From the NCBI GenBank assembly GCA_964016885.1, contig OZ024753.1:46810001-46874000 (forward strand): 64,000 nt of DNA, written 5' to 3'. The translations under genes and the position numbers were made by a program. This DNA comes from Eledone cirrhosa. Taxonomy: Eukaryota. The first letter of the stretch is position 1; each line of letters begins with the position of its first letter. Below, piece by piece: positions 23,205-35,002 of the stretch. Below the pieces are notes generated by a model. It had not been told where the DNA came from, did not search any database, and saw only the letters and a program-made list of their open reading frames with translations.

Positions 23205-25211
23205 TCATAACGGTACGCGATGGGACCCACCCACAGCCCCGGCGGACAGAATGGAGAAGGCGTTTCCCCGGAGCACGGCAAGGGAGACGCGCTGGAAAAG
23301 CCACTCCAACTCGCGGGGCTCACACCTGCGGCTGGCCAGCTCAGCGCCTATGGTGGTGAGTAAGGAGGTAGCCCTGGGGCCGAGGACACCAGAAGTCTCC
23401 ACTTCCAGGGGTACGACCGCAAACCTGTCGGAGAGTGAACGATATGTGAGGAGTTTGGCCCCCTCAGCCTGACGTGCAGCAGAACCTGGGCCAGTCACAG
23501 ACTGCACCAGGTTGCGTCTGCAGAAAGTGTCGGTGCAAGTGGCATCCCAGACGAGGGGTTTGCCACCGCGGAACGGGAAGATGGTCATGCCATCTAGCCT
23601 TTTGCCGTCCCCTCGAGCTGGGAAGGGAAGCCTGCAGCGTCCAAGCCATGCTTAATGACTTCGTTGAGGGCAGCATGGCGTGGATTGCGGCTGGCACTGT
23701 GGCGACAGGAAAGCGGGTGGAGGCCGAAAGAGTCCATGGTGGAACGGCAGCGACATTGGTGTGAGGCCGAGCCTCAGGGAAACGCCGATGCGCAAGCTAT
23801 TGTTGTCTAGCTGCGTGCGAGTGGAGAAGGAGGGCAGGGCATGGAACCAGGCCCCACTGTGGGGTTTGGAGGCTGCACGAAAACAAACAAGGCGGTGCTG
23901 GTCGAGCTGGCGCGTGAGCCTGTCTGAGGCCAGGCTGCACTGGATGGCATCCCAAGTGTGTTGGGGGGGACTTGACGTCAACAGGGGGAGAAGGAGGAGG
24001 AACGTCTACTGGGCTAAGTCCCAGCCGGTCCCACGTCTCACAGGCGGCCACGCGTTCTCTGAACACAGAGGGTTCTGTTGTGTTTTGAAGAACCCTGCTG
24101 AGGAGGACGTGGTACGAGGTTACCGACGAAAGATATGCCGGCAAAGCTAGTGAGATCGGGGACTGGAGCCGAAGGCCGCCATACCTGACAGGTAAAGTTG
24201 CATATCTCATCGGCTGCTGCTCGGATACAAGTTTAGGTGTAGCACAGAGTGTATAGAGGAGCTTCGGCATGGCGTAGCAGTTCCTCAGCAGAAGGAGAAC
24301 TGGGTGGCCATCAATCAAGCCCAGTCGGCTCGTGAGAGTCTGGACTTGATGGAGGAGCGGATGGCCGGCGGGTGGATCGGTGAGGGCATCCTCTTTGGGA
24401 GGGTCACCTGAACCTGGCGGAGAATGGACCGCACGTCCAAGACGGAGACTGCAAAGCTTGCAGCATCGAGGCTGACATTCACCACCTCCGACTTGGCTGA
24501 GTTGACCTGGAGGTCGATTCCCGCCAGGGCAGGAACCACCGATTGAAGGTCATGGCAGACCGCCTGTACGGGCCCACCCAAAGTAGCATCATCCAGATAC
24601 CAAACGTTGAGAGGGGCCATTATACTCCAAGCGATGTGGTCAATACGAAGGGTGAACAGGAGGGGTCCCAAAGGGTTGCCCTGTTGGATCCCAGTAGCCA
24701 AGGGTATGACCGTATCAGCAGCATGGCGCATGCTTGGGGCTCCATATGACAGGTAGGCAGAGGGGGCTCGGCTGAGGCAGGCCTCGAGCAGATGATCCCA
24801 GCGTAAAGAGTTGAAGGCATTCCTCATGTCAAACTTGACAATGAGGTGGCTGGAGGCCCTGGATGCCGGTTCCGAGTGTTACGGACTTGCAGATTACCTT
24901 GGCAGCCAGCCTCCGGAAGACATTGCCCACAGCAATGGGGCGTATGCCATCCTCTTTCTTCCTGAGAGCGGTGAGGCTGGCCGAAAAAAAGAGGCCTCGA
25001 GCATAAGAGTCCAGGGCGCCATGGATGAGCCTATTGGTGAGCGCCACAATTGCACTCAGAAGGCGGCGCCCGGCCTCAGCGGAGAGGGGAGATATCAACT
25101 CCTTGAGGAGGCCTGGTCAGAGACCATCAACATCTCCGCAGCTGCTAGCTGGGAAGGACCTGATGGCGGACATGATGTCTGCATCAGAAGCCACAAGGAG
25201 CAAGTGTGGAT
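23205..25211 (-). mobile_element. CRE-clade (RLE) non-LTR retrotransposon remnant, unit 2
   Basis: RT motifs as in unit 1 plus a C-terminal restriction-like endonuclease: DGMTIFPFRGGKPLVWDATC...AEGAKLLTY...VPLEVETSG...FQRVSLAVLRGNA. Confidence 0.88.
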
Positions 25212-26134
25212 TACAATACAAAACCTCTGAGAATGATTTCTAAGATATTTCACCATAATTAATTTTCATCAATATATATTAATATTATTATTGTTTATTA
25301 GGTCAGGTGGATTGGCCAGAACAATTCTACTCTTCTTTTTTAGATGTCACGATTTTTCATGGCATTCCTGAGATCATTAATCTCCAGCTGGAGATCCAGA
25401 GACATCTGATGTATGTAGGTGAACCTCAGTCATCCCACTTGGCTCTTACTATGTTTAGGTATCCACCACAGGAGCCAGCTCATCAGGTCATCCTACCCTC
25501 AGCAGCAATGTCCAGCATCTATTGATTTCCGCTCCCTAGTTATTGTGGTAATCTTCGATATCTGGGAATATATTTCTTCTGCTTAAGGGAGTAATAAATA
25601 TATAGTTTTAAAAAAAACATATATATACACACACATATATATATGTTGTCATTTATAAGAGTTCTCTATCAAAAGCCTTCTCTATGTCCAAAGCTAAGTA
25701 TAGTGGCTTATTTTTCTCTAAGAACCTCTTTTGTAGTTGTCTCACTAAGAAGAGGGCATCTGTTGCACTTTTCAGCGGCTTAATTAATTAATGAGGTTTA
25801 ATTAATGAGGAATTTTGAGGTATTTATAACAATTATTAATTATTTCATTACTGAGATATCATTTGAAGGACTTACTAATGTTTTTATTTATTAATTATTT
25901 TATTAGTAACTTAACATGTGGTTCTTGTATAAAATTATGTTGGAAGATTTTAGGAAGATGCTATGTAGCCGGTCGCGGTAAAATAGACGCCCAGGCTATG
26001 TAGCCGGTAAGAGTGTCAGACTCCATGTGTTGCGGCCCTTTATGGTCTGAGTTAAGACAATTTAAAATCTTTTCCACCATCAATTGTTAAAAAACAAGTT
26101 AAAATCATTTTGTCGTCCATTTGTAACGTACGTT

Positions 26135-26850
26135 ACACTTTAGTTACATACACATATACTATGTTACATACACACATCTACTGTGTTACATACACACACA
26201 TCAACTGGGTTACATACACACACATCTACTGCGTTACATACACACACATCTACTGTGTTACATACACACACATCTACTGAGTTACATACACACACATCTA
26301 CTGTGTTACATACACACACATCTTCTGTGTTACATACACACATCTACTATGTTACATACACACATCTACTGTGTTACATACACACACCTGTGTTACATAC
26401 ACACACATCTACTGAGTTACATACACACAGATCTACTGTGTTACATACACACACATCTACTGTGTTATACACATCTTCTATGTTACATACACACAATCTA
26501 CTGTGTTACATACACACATCTACTGAGTTACATACACACACATTTACTGAGTTACATACACATGTACTGTGTTACATACACACATCTACTGTGTTACATA
26601 CATACACATCTACTGTGTTACATACATACACATCTACCGTTACATACACACATCTACCGTGTTACACACACACATCTACCGTGTTACACACACACATCTA
26701 CCGTGTTACACACACACATCTACTGAGTTACATACACATATACTGAGTTACATGCAAACACACATCTACTCTGTTACATATACACATCTACTGTGTTACA
26801 TACACATCTACTGTGATACACACACACACATCTACTCATACATATTCATA
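26135..26850. repeat. ~20-26 bp minisatellite (ctactgtgttacatacacacacat)n; also ~35925-36690 and ~57575-58340
   Basis: About 30 visible tandem units whose number varies between L copies. Confidence 0.9.
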
Positions 26851-26959
26851 AATAGACACATTATACAAATAATTATTACATACACACACATCTCTGTAAT
26901 AATTCAGGAAGGAAGGGGCTGGTGAAACGCTATAGCAATGTGTGTGTGTTGTGTACCTT

Positions 26960-27193
26960 TCAGGTTTACCGGTTTCGTAGCCTATTTGAAGATTTTATTA
27001 TAATTATGAACCTTATAATTCAATTAATTATGAATAATTTTGAGCTATTTATCACAATTGTTAGTTAATTACTAACATAGTAACTTACCATATGGTTGTT
27101 ATATAGAATTTTGTTGGAAGACTTTAATTTAGATAGGAACCATTTCCATAGTACGAGAACTAATTTTGGCTGGGTTTCTACCAAAAGGGTTAA
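26960..27193. mobile_element. piggyBac-like non-autonomous element remnant (one terminus visible); repeated in each L unit
   Basis: Ends ...ggctgggtttctaccaaaaGGG-TTAA, the canonical CCC/GGG + TTAA end. Related AT-rich internal sequence occurs at 25800-25960 and 27194-27260. Confidence 0.45.
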
Positions 27194-27659
27194 TGAAGAA
27201 TTTTGAACAATTTACTAAAATTATTAATTATTTCATTACTAAGATAATGTGTGAATACACAATTATATGTGTGTATATATATATAAACAGTATATATATA
27301 TATAGTATATATATATATAAACAGTATATATATATATAGTATATATATATATAAACAGTATATATATAGTATACAAAAGATGTAGTGGGATAGTGTGTAG
27401 TCTTAAGACAAGTCTGTCCAGATAGCTGCGCTGTAACTTACACTTATTGGGACTGTGTGTTGGCAAGCAGGCCTGTATTTTGGGATCTAGCTGGTCCATT
27501 ATGAGGGAGGTCTGGTTAGTTGGCAGCACCATGCCTTACTTGTGGTATATGTATGTATAGAAATAAGTTATTGTATATGCATAACTGTCCATCTATATGT
27601 ATACATGTATGTTTACTTATATCTTTGCATACATATATACATTTTCAGATGTATACACG

Positions 27660-29587
27660 TAATGGTCACCCGGATAGTAAACCAAGTCATACAGAATGGG
27701 GTTGTTCTGAAGGACTGGCGTAGCAGCATCATCATTAACTGTTACAAGGGTAAAGGAGATGCCCTAGATAGGAGTAACTATAGAGGCATTAAATTAATCG
27801 ACCAGGTCATGAAGGTCACGGAAAAAGTAATAGCGCAACTAATCAGAGAGAGAATTGATCTAGATGAAATGCAGTTCGGGTTTGTGTCAGGTAAAAGTAC
27901 CACAGACGCTCTTTTCATTGTACGACAACTACAGGAGAAGTACCTAGTTAAAAGTAAACCCCTATACTTAGCTTTTGTTGACTTGGAGAAAGCCTTCGAC
28001 AGAGTCCCCCGTTCCATTATCTGGTGGGCTCTTAGAAAACTAGGTGTTGAGGAATGGCTTGTGAGAGCTATACGAGCCATGTATAAAGAAACAGTCAGCA
28101 AGGTTAGAATTAACAACGAATATAGTGAAGAGTTTAGCGTAAAAGTTGGTGTTCATCAGGGCTCCGTCCTTAGCCCCCTACTATTTATTATTGCCCTTCA
28201 GGCTATAACAGTGGAGTTCAAGACCGGCTGCCCATGGGAACTCCTATACGCAGATGATCTAACGCTCATAGCTGAATCAATGGCCGAGCTAGAGAAGAAA
28301 TTCCAAACATGGAAGCAAGGCCTAGAATCAGAAGGCCTTAAAATTAACCTGGCTAAGACTAAAGTTCTAGTTTGTAGGAAAGAAAATAAGGCGCCGGTCC
28401 CTTCCGGGAAATGGCCATGCTCAGTGTGTAGGAAAGGCGTAGGTAGAAACTCCATTTTATGTCCCAAGTGCAAAGTATGGGTTCATAAAAGATGTAGTGG
28501 GATCACAGGTAAGCTAACTAAGAACATAGATTTTACATGTGGCCGGTGCTCTGGTGCAATAAGTAGCAGCAAGTGCCCACAAAATACTAGCTCTTTCAAT
28601 TGCGCAGAGGGTTCTATAGAAATAGTGGACAGCTTCCGTTACCTGGGTGACAAAATCAGCAGTGGGGGAGGGTGCTCTGAAAGTACAGTAGCTAGAGTCA
28701 GAACTGGATGGAAAAAGTTCAGAGAGCTTATACCACTATTAGCCGCTAAAGGGTTCTCCCTAAAAATGAAAGGCAGGTTGTATGATGCCTGCATATGAAC
28801 AGCAATGTTGCATGGCAGTGAGACCTGGGCATTGTGTGCAGAGGATATACGCAGACTAGAGAGGAACGAAGCTTACATGCTTCGCTGGATGTGTAATAGT
28901 AATATATGTGAACGGCAAAGCATAAACGAACTAAGGGAAAAATTAGAAATAAGAGGGATCAGATGTTGTGTACTCGAGAGAAGACTACGTTGGTATGGTC
29001 CACGTGATGCGGATGAAAGACGACAGCTGTATAAAAAAAATGCAGGGCAATAAAGATAGACGGTAGCCACGGAGTAGGCAGACCCAGAAAAACCTGGGAC
29101 GACTTGATAAATTCCGACCTCACACACTTACACCTCTCCAAGACAATGTCACTGGACCGAGATCTTTGGCGGTACTCAGTAATAGAGAAGACCCGCCTTA
29201 CCTAGATACAAAGTAAAACCTACTACAGTCAGTAGGCACCTCTAACAAAATACACCCCCACCCCATCCACACCGCCCCTTTCAATGTAAAGTTATGTTGG
29301 TGCCACAACATCCAGGCCGAAACAAATGAGGGCGTGTAGGTGTCACGACAAAAAAAAAAAACACAGTCCACGCAGTAATGTGGCCGTGTAGGTAACACGG
29401 TAAAAACCTCCCAGTCCCACACTGTAAATGCGGTTGGTGTTAGGAAGGGCATCCAGCTGTAGAAAACCCGCCAGACAGTCCTATGCGAGCAAGACAACCA
29501 CTCTTGCCTCAAGTGGGAAAATTCCCGTCCAAACCCATGCAAGCGTGGAATATGGACGTTAAACGATGATGATGATGATGATGATGA
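27660..29587 (+). mobile_element. 5'-truncated RTE LINE (RT + PHD finger + 3'UTR), unit 2
   Basis: MVTRIVNQVI...QFGFVSGKSTTDA...LYADDL...CSVC...WVHKRC...CGRC; TGA at 28796-28798; frameshift near 29000; (GAT)n tail. Confidence 0.93.
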
Positions 29588-29613
29588 TATATATATATAT
29601 ATATATATATATA

Positions 29614-30738
29614 TTCCTTTGACATTTCTTAGAAAAAAAATGAAAAAGTTTTGTGAGAACCCCAATGTTTATTTATTTTATTTTATTTTTAAATAAAATT
29701 AATAACATTAATTTTATTTTGAAATTAGGTTTATAAATATTAATTATCAGCAGACCTTTGTAGCAGTCTTGGCGGCTTAGTGGGAAGTACCAGAGATGGT
29801 GAGGTCCTTGTCTGTAGGTTCAATCCTGGTCTGGGAGTTCAATCATTGCTGTAATGTGTCCTGTTAATCTTTTTTTAAATTTTCCTCAGAAAAAACTGAA
29901 AATCTTTGGTGAGAACCCCAATGTCTATTTATCTAATATAATTTAATTTATTTTATTTTATTTTACTTTAGTTAAATTGTCAAAACCACTGGTGATCTAA
30001 AGTTAGAGGAGACAGATAAAATAGACATATTGTCTCCTCAACCTTTAGATCTTCAGTGTTTTCGACAATTTAACTAAAATAAAAAATTAAATTCAATATA
30101 ATTAAATAAATAGGGGTTCTCTTTTTCAAAGAGATATAGAAAGAAAATTATAAAAGATTAACATGACACCTTACATGTATCTCATGGACCAGGATTGAAC
30201 CCGAGTCCCCAATTCAACCCTCAGACCAGGATTGAACACCCAGAACAGGATCTCACCATCTCTGGTACTTCCCACTAAGCTACCGAGACTGATACAAAGA
30301 TGTACTGAAATTTAATATTTATAAACCTACTTTCAAAATAAAATTAAAAATAAAATATATATATATATATATTCCTTTGACATTTCTTAGAAAAAAGAAC
30401 TGAAAAAGTTTTGTGAGAACGCCAATGTCTATTTATTTTATTTTATTTTTAATTAAATTAGTTATATTTTGAAAGTAGGTTTATAAATATTAATTTTCAA
30501 TAGACCTTTGTAGCAGTCTTGGTGGCTTAGTGGGAAGTACCAGAGATGGTGAGATCCTTGTCTGTGAGTTCAATTCTTGCTTGGAGACATGTCTAATGTG
30601 TCCTATTAATCTTTTTTTAATTTTCCTTTTACATCTCTTAGAAATAACTGAAAATCTTTGGTGAGAACCCCAATGTCTATTTATCTAATATAATTAATTT
30701 AATTTAATTTAATTTAATTTTTATTTTAGTGAAACCAC
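29614..30738. repeat. Forward-inverted-forward triplication of a ~370-bp AT-rich unit (foldback), unit 2
   Basis: gcttagtgggaagtaccagagatggtgag at ~29775 and ~30525, with its reverse complement at ~30252-30280; hairpin centre gaggagaca-16 nt-tgtctcctc at ~30005-30039. Confidence 0.88.
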
Positions 30739-31179
30739 TGTTGTATTCAAGAGACCAGGTGGAGGGGTGGGTCTGCTAGATTCATCGTGGGTAAAGAACG
30801 GTGCTATGAACTTTTCTGGGTGGGAAATGACAATGGGCTGGGTATACACATACCACCCCACCACCCCACCGTAAAGTGGTCGTGGAGGCGCCACGGCAAA
30901 AAAGCACCCAGCCCGCTCTGTAAAGCTGACGTGGAGGTGCCACGGAAAAAAAAAAAGCACCCAGCACTCACTGCAAACTGGGTTGGCGTCAGGAAGGGCA
31001 CCCAGCTGTAGAAACCAATCCAGAATCAGCTCCCACCCCACCCTTGCAAGCATGGAAAAGCGGACGTATGATGAAGTTGATATATATATATATATATTAG
31101 TATATATATACACATACATATGTACACATATACACATACATATATATATATATATACACACACATATATATCAGTGTAC

Positions 31180-31225
<46 letters not shown>

Positions 31226-32997
31226 GAATATTTATTCAATTTAAAGCGCCAATTATCTATATATAACAAGATATGAATTTTTCTAGGGATGGGGAAATTT
31301 TCAGTTTGTTTTTATATTTTCACTTCATTTTTTACTTTCTATTTAATACAGTCTTTGATCCAATATAATCCTGACAGTATTTGAACCAGTTTACCTCATA
31401 TATATGTATGCACACACAACACTCAAGTTTCGCCATCTACTGCTATTTCATTCATATTTATTGTTTAATTAACTCTGGTCTAATTCATCAACTATTGTTA
31501 ATTATATTATTACGTAGATTTCTTATAAAATCTAGTGCATATATACGTGTATATATACAGGGAGACACTGTAATAGATGTAAAGAGAGTGGGAGATAGAG
31601 TTATAGAAGTAAAGAGAGGGGGAGAAATAAGCGGTAGATAGAGTAATAGATGTAAAGAGAGGGTTAGAACGTTCAACTTGACAGTCAGTACAATGTTCAG
31701 CATGGTAGCCAGTACATATGCCAACTACCCAACCGGCCAGCCAGCCGCATATGCGGTTGACTGGCCAGTTGGGCGGTTGGTATGTGGAACGTTCAACTAC
31801 GCAGTCAGTACTAAAGTTCAACATTGTAGCCAGTGCATATGCCGATCGCCGCGCCCTCTTTGCTCTATTTAAATGACCTGGAACTAAGTAAAAAGAGTAG
31901 GAGATAACTCGACAAGAGCGGAGAGGTTGAGATTCGAACCATGTAAAGTCGTTGGCTCCTGAAGTTCGTAAGCGGGGCTGCTACTGACTGAGCAGCGCCG
32001 GCAGCAAGTCAAATCGCGCATAAAATATGGCTTATATCGACAAAAAAAAAAAAAAAATTTCAATGTTGCACTCTTGTTTGTTGTTCTTTTATTTTACGTA
32101 AACATTTCGCTGCTCTAGCCTCTTATTTCCTATTAGATTACACTTAATTCCATTAAACATTCATTCTTAGTCTCGTGGTAAACTATTTCATCTATATTTA
32201 TATCGCTGTTACAGCCTTTTATTTCTACATCTATCACCTATAGCCACTGTTACGCCGGTAGTATAAGTAGCTTTATAACAAGAAACGATGATATAACTCC
32301 ACAAAATGTCTTCTTGAGCAAGACACTTCACTTCATATTGCTCCAGTACACCGAGTTACACATAGACAGATACATACATACATACACAGATAGAAATGAG
32401 AGGTAGATAGAGTAAAAGATTTAAAGAGAGTGTGAGAAGTACGAGTTAGATAGTGTAAAAGATTTAAAGAGAGGGTGAGAGTGTGACACACATTTATCTG
32501 TCTATCTCTCTCTATTTTAACACAGGTCGTTATAATTAGTTTTATAACACCGCTATATTACCGACATGAAAGAGGTAAATAATTATTTCTTAAATGTTTA
32601 GAACATGTTTCTCTTGTCTTCTTAAATGTATAGAACATGTTTCTTATTTATATTCTTAACATAGCTAGGACCTTATCTCATTTACTGGTCTCTACTTTTA
32701 GGGCTTTGCTGGTCCCATGTGCCCTCCATTAAGACACACTCGCCCCTTCTCTCTCAGTCTCCGTACTAATTACTACACATACGTATATATATTTATTTTA
32801 AGAAACCTTAATGACAAATAATATAAAGTGTTTGTAAAGTGGGGAAGAGTAGTTTTACGGTGGGGTTGTTATATAGATATCGTTTTTGCAGTGGGGTCGT
32901 GACTGGCGTATAATAATGAGTCACTGTTGATGTATATACAAATCATGTTTTGGATATAAGTGAAGTTATTTAAGAGATTTAGTTGTTTTGTATACAT

Positions 32998-35002
32998 TCA
33001 TAACGGTACGCGATGGGACCCACCCACAGCCCCGGCGGACAGAATGGAGAAGGCGTTTCCCCGGAGCACGGCAAGGGAGACGCGCTGGAAAAGCCACTCC
33101 AACTCGCGGGGCTCACACCTGCGGCTGGCCAGCTCAGCGCCTATGGTGGTGAGTAAGGAGGTAGCCCTGGGGCCGAGGACACCAGAAGTCTCCACTTCCA
33201 GGGGTACGACCGCAAACCTGTCGGAGAGTGAACGATATGTGAGGAGTTTGGCCCCCTCAGCCTGACGTGCAGCAGAACCTGGGCCAGTCGCAGACTGCAC
33301 CAGGTTGCGGCTGCAGAAAGTGTCGGTGCAAGTGGCATCCCAGACAAGGGGTTTGCCACCGCGGAACGGGAAGATGGTCATGCCATCTAGCCTTTTGCCG
33401 TCCCCTCGAGCTGGGAAGGGAAGCCTGCAGCGTCCAAGCCATGCTTAATGACTTCGTTGAGGGCAGCATGGCGTGGATTGCGGCTGGCACTGTGGCGACA
33501 GGAAAGCGGGTGGAGGCCGAAAGAGTCCATGGTGGAACGGCAGCGACATTGGTGAGAGGCCGAGCCTCAGGGAAACGCCGATGCGCAAGCTATTGTTGTC
33601 TAGCTGCGTGCGAGTGGAGAAGGAGGGCAGGGCATGGAGCCAGGCCCCACTGTGGGGTTTGGAGGCTGCACGAAAACAAACAAGGCGGTGCTGGTCGAGC
33701 TGGCGCGTGAGCCTGTCTGAGGCCAGGCTGCACTGGATGGCATCCCAAGTGTGTTGGGGGGGACTTGACGTCAACAGGGGGAGAAGGAGGAGGAACGTCT
33801 ACTGGGCTAAGTCCCAGCCGGTCCCACGTCTCACAGGCGGCCACGCGTTCTCTGAACACAGAGGGTTCTGTTGTGTTTTGAAGAACCCTGCTGAGGAGGA
33901 CGTGGTACGAGGTTACCGACGAAAGATATACCGGCAAAGCTAGTGAGATCGGGGACTGGAGGCGAAGGCCGCCATACCTGACAGGTAAAGTTGCATATCT
34001 CATCGGCTGCTGCTCGGATACAAGTTTAGGTGTAGCACAGCGTGTATAGAGGAGCTTCGGCATGGCGTAGCAGTTCCTCAGCAGAAAGAGAACTGGGTGG
34101 GCATCAATCAAGCCCAGTCGGCTCGTGAGAGTCTGGACTTGATGGAGGAGCGGATGGCCGGCGGGTGGATCGGTGAGGGCATCCTCTTTGGGGGTCACCT
34201 GAACCTGGCGGAGAATGGACCGCACGTCCAAGACGGAGACTGCAAAGCTTGCAGCATCGAGGCTGACATTCACCACCTCCGACTTGGCTGAGTTGACCTG
34301 GAGGTCGATTCCCGCCAGGGCAGGAACCACCGATTGAAGGTCATGGCAGACCGCCTGTACGGGCCCACCCAAAGTAGCATCATCCAGATACCAAACGTTG
34401 AGAGGGGCTGTTATACTCCAGGCGATGTGGTCAATACCAAGGGTGAACAGGAGGGGTCCCAAAGGGTTGCCCTGTTGGATCCCAGTAGCCAAGGGTATGA
34501 CCGTATCAGCAGCATGGCGCATGCTTGGGGCTCCATATGACAGGTAGGCAGAGGGGGCTCGGCTGAGGCAGGCCTCGAGCAGATGATCCCAGCGTAAAGA
34601 GTTGAAGGCATTCCTCATGTCAAACTTGACAATGAGGTGGCTGGAGGCCCTGGATGCCGGTTCCGAGTGTTACGGACTTGCAGATTACCTTGGCAGCCAG
34701 CCTCCGGAAGACATTGCCCACAGCAATGGGGCGTATGCCATCCTCTTTCTTCCTGCGAGCGGTGAGGCTGGCCGAAAAAAAGAGGCCTCGAGCATAAGAG
34801 TCCAGGGCGCCATGGATGAGCCTATTGGTGAGCGCCACAATTGCACTCAGAAGGCCGCGCCCGGCCTCAGCGGAGAGGGGAGATATCAACTCCTTGAGGA
34901 GGCCTGGTCAGAGACCATCAACATCTCCGCAGCTGCTAGCTGGGAAGGACCTGATGGCGGACATGATGTCTGCATCAGAAGCCACAAGGAGCAAGTGTGG
35001 AT
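32998..35002 (-). mobile_element. CRE-clade remnant, unit 3
   Basis: ORFs 34620..34889, 33590..34618 and 32998..33381 carry the same motifs. Confidence 0.88.

Larger units (their letters stand above)
21430..31221. repeat. Array unit 2 (L type)
   Basis: Contains the L-specific block 25780-30738. Confidence 0.9.

Noticed and set aside
27542-28798. 418-aa ORF as an active or domesticated RT gene
   Set aside because: Its N-terminal ~40 aa come from low-complexity flank, it lacks the endonuclease, and it has a premature stop plus a downstream frameshift in all three copies.
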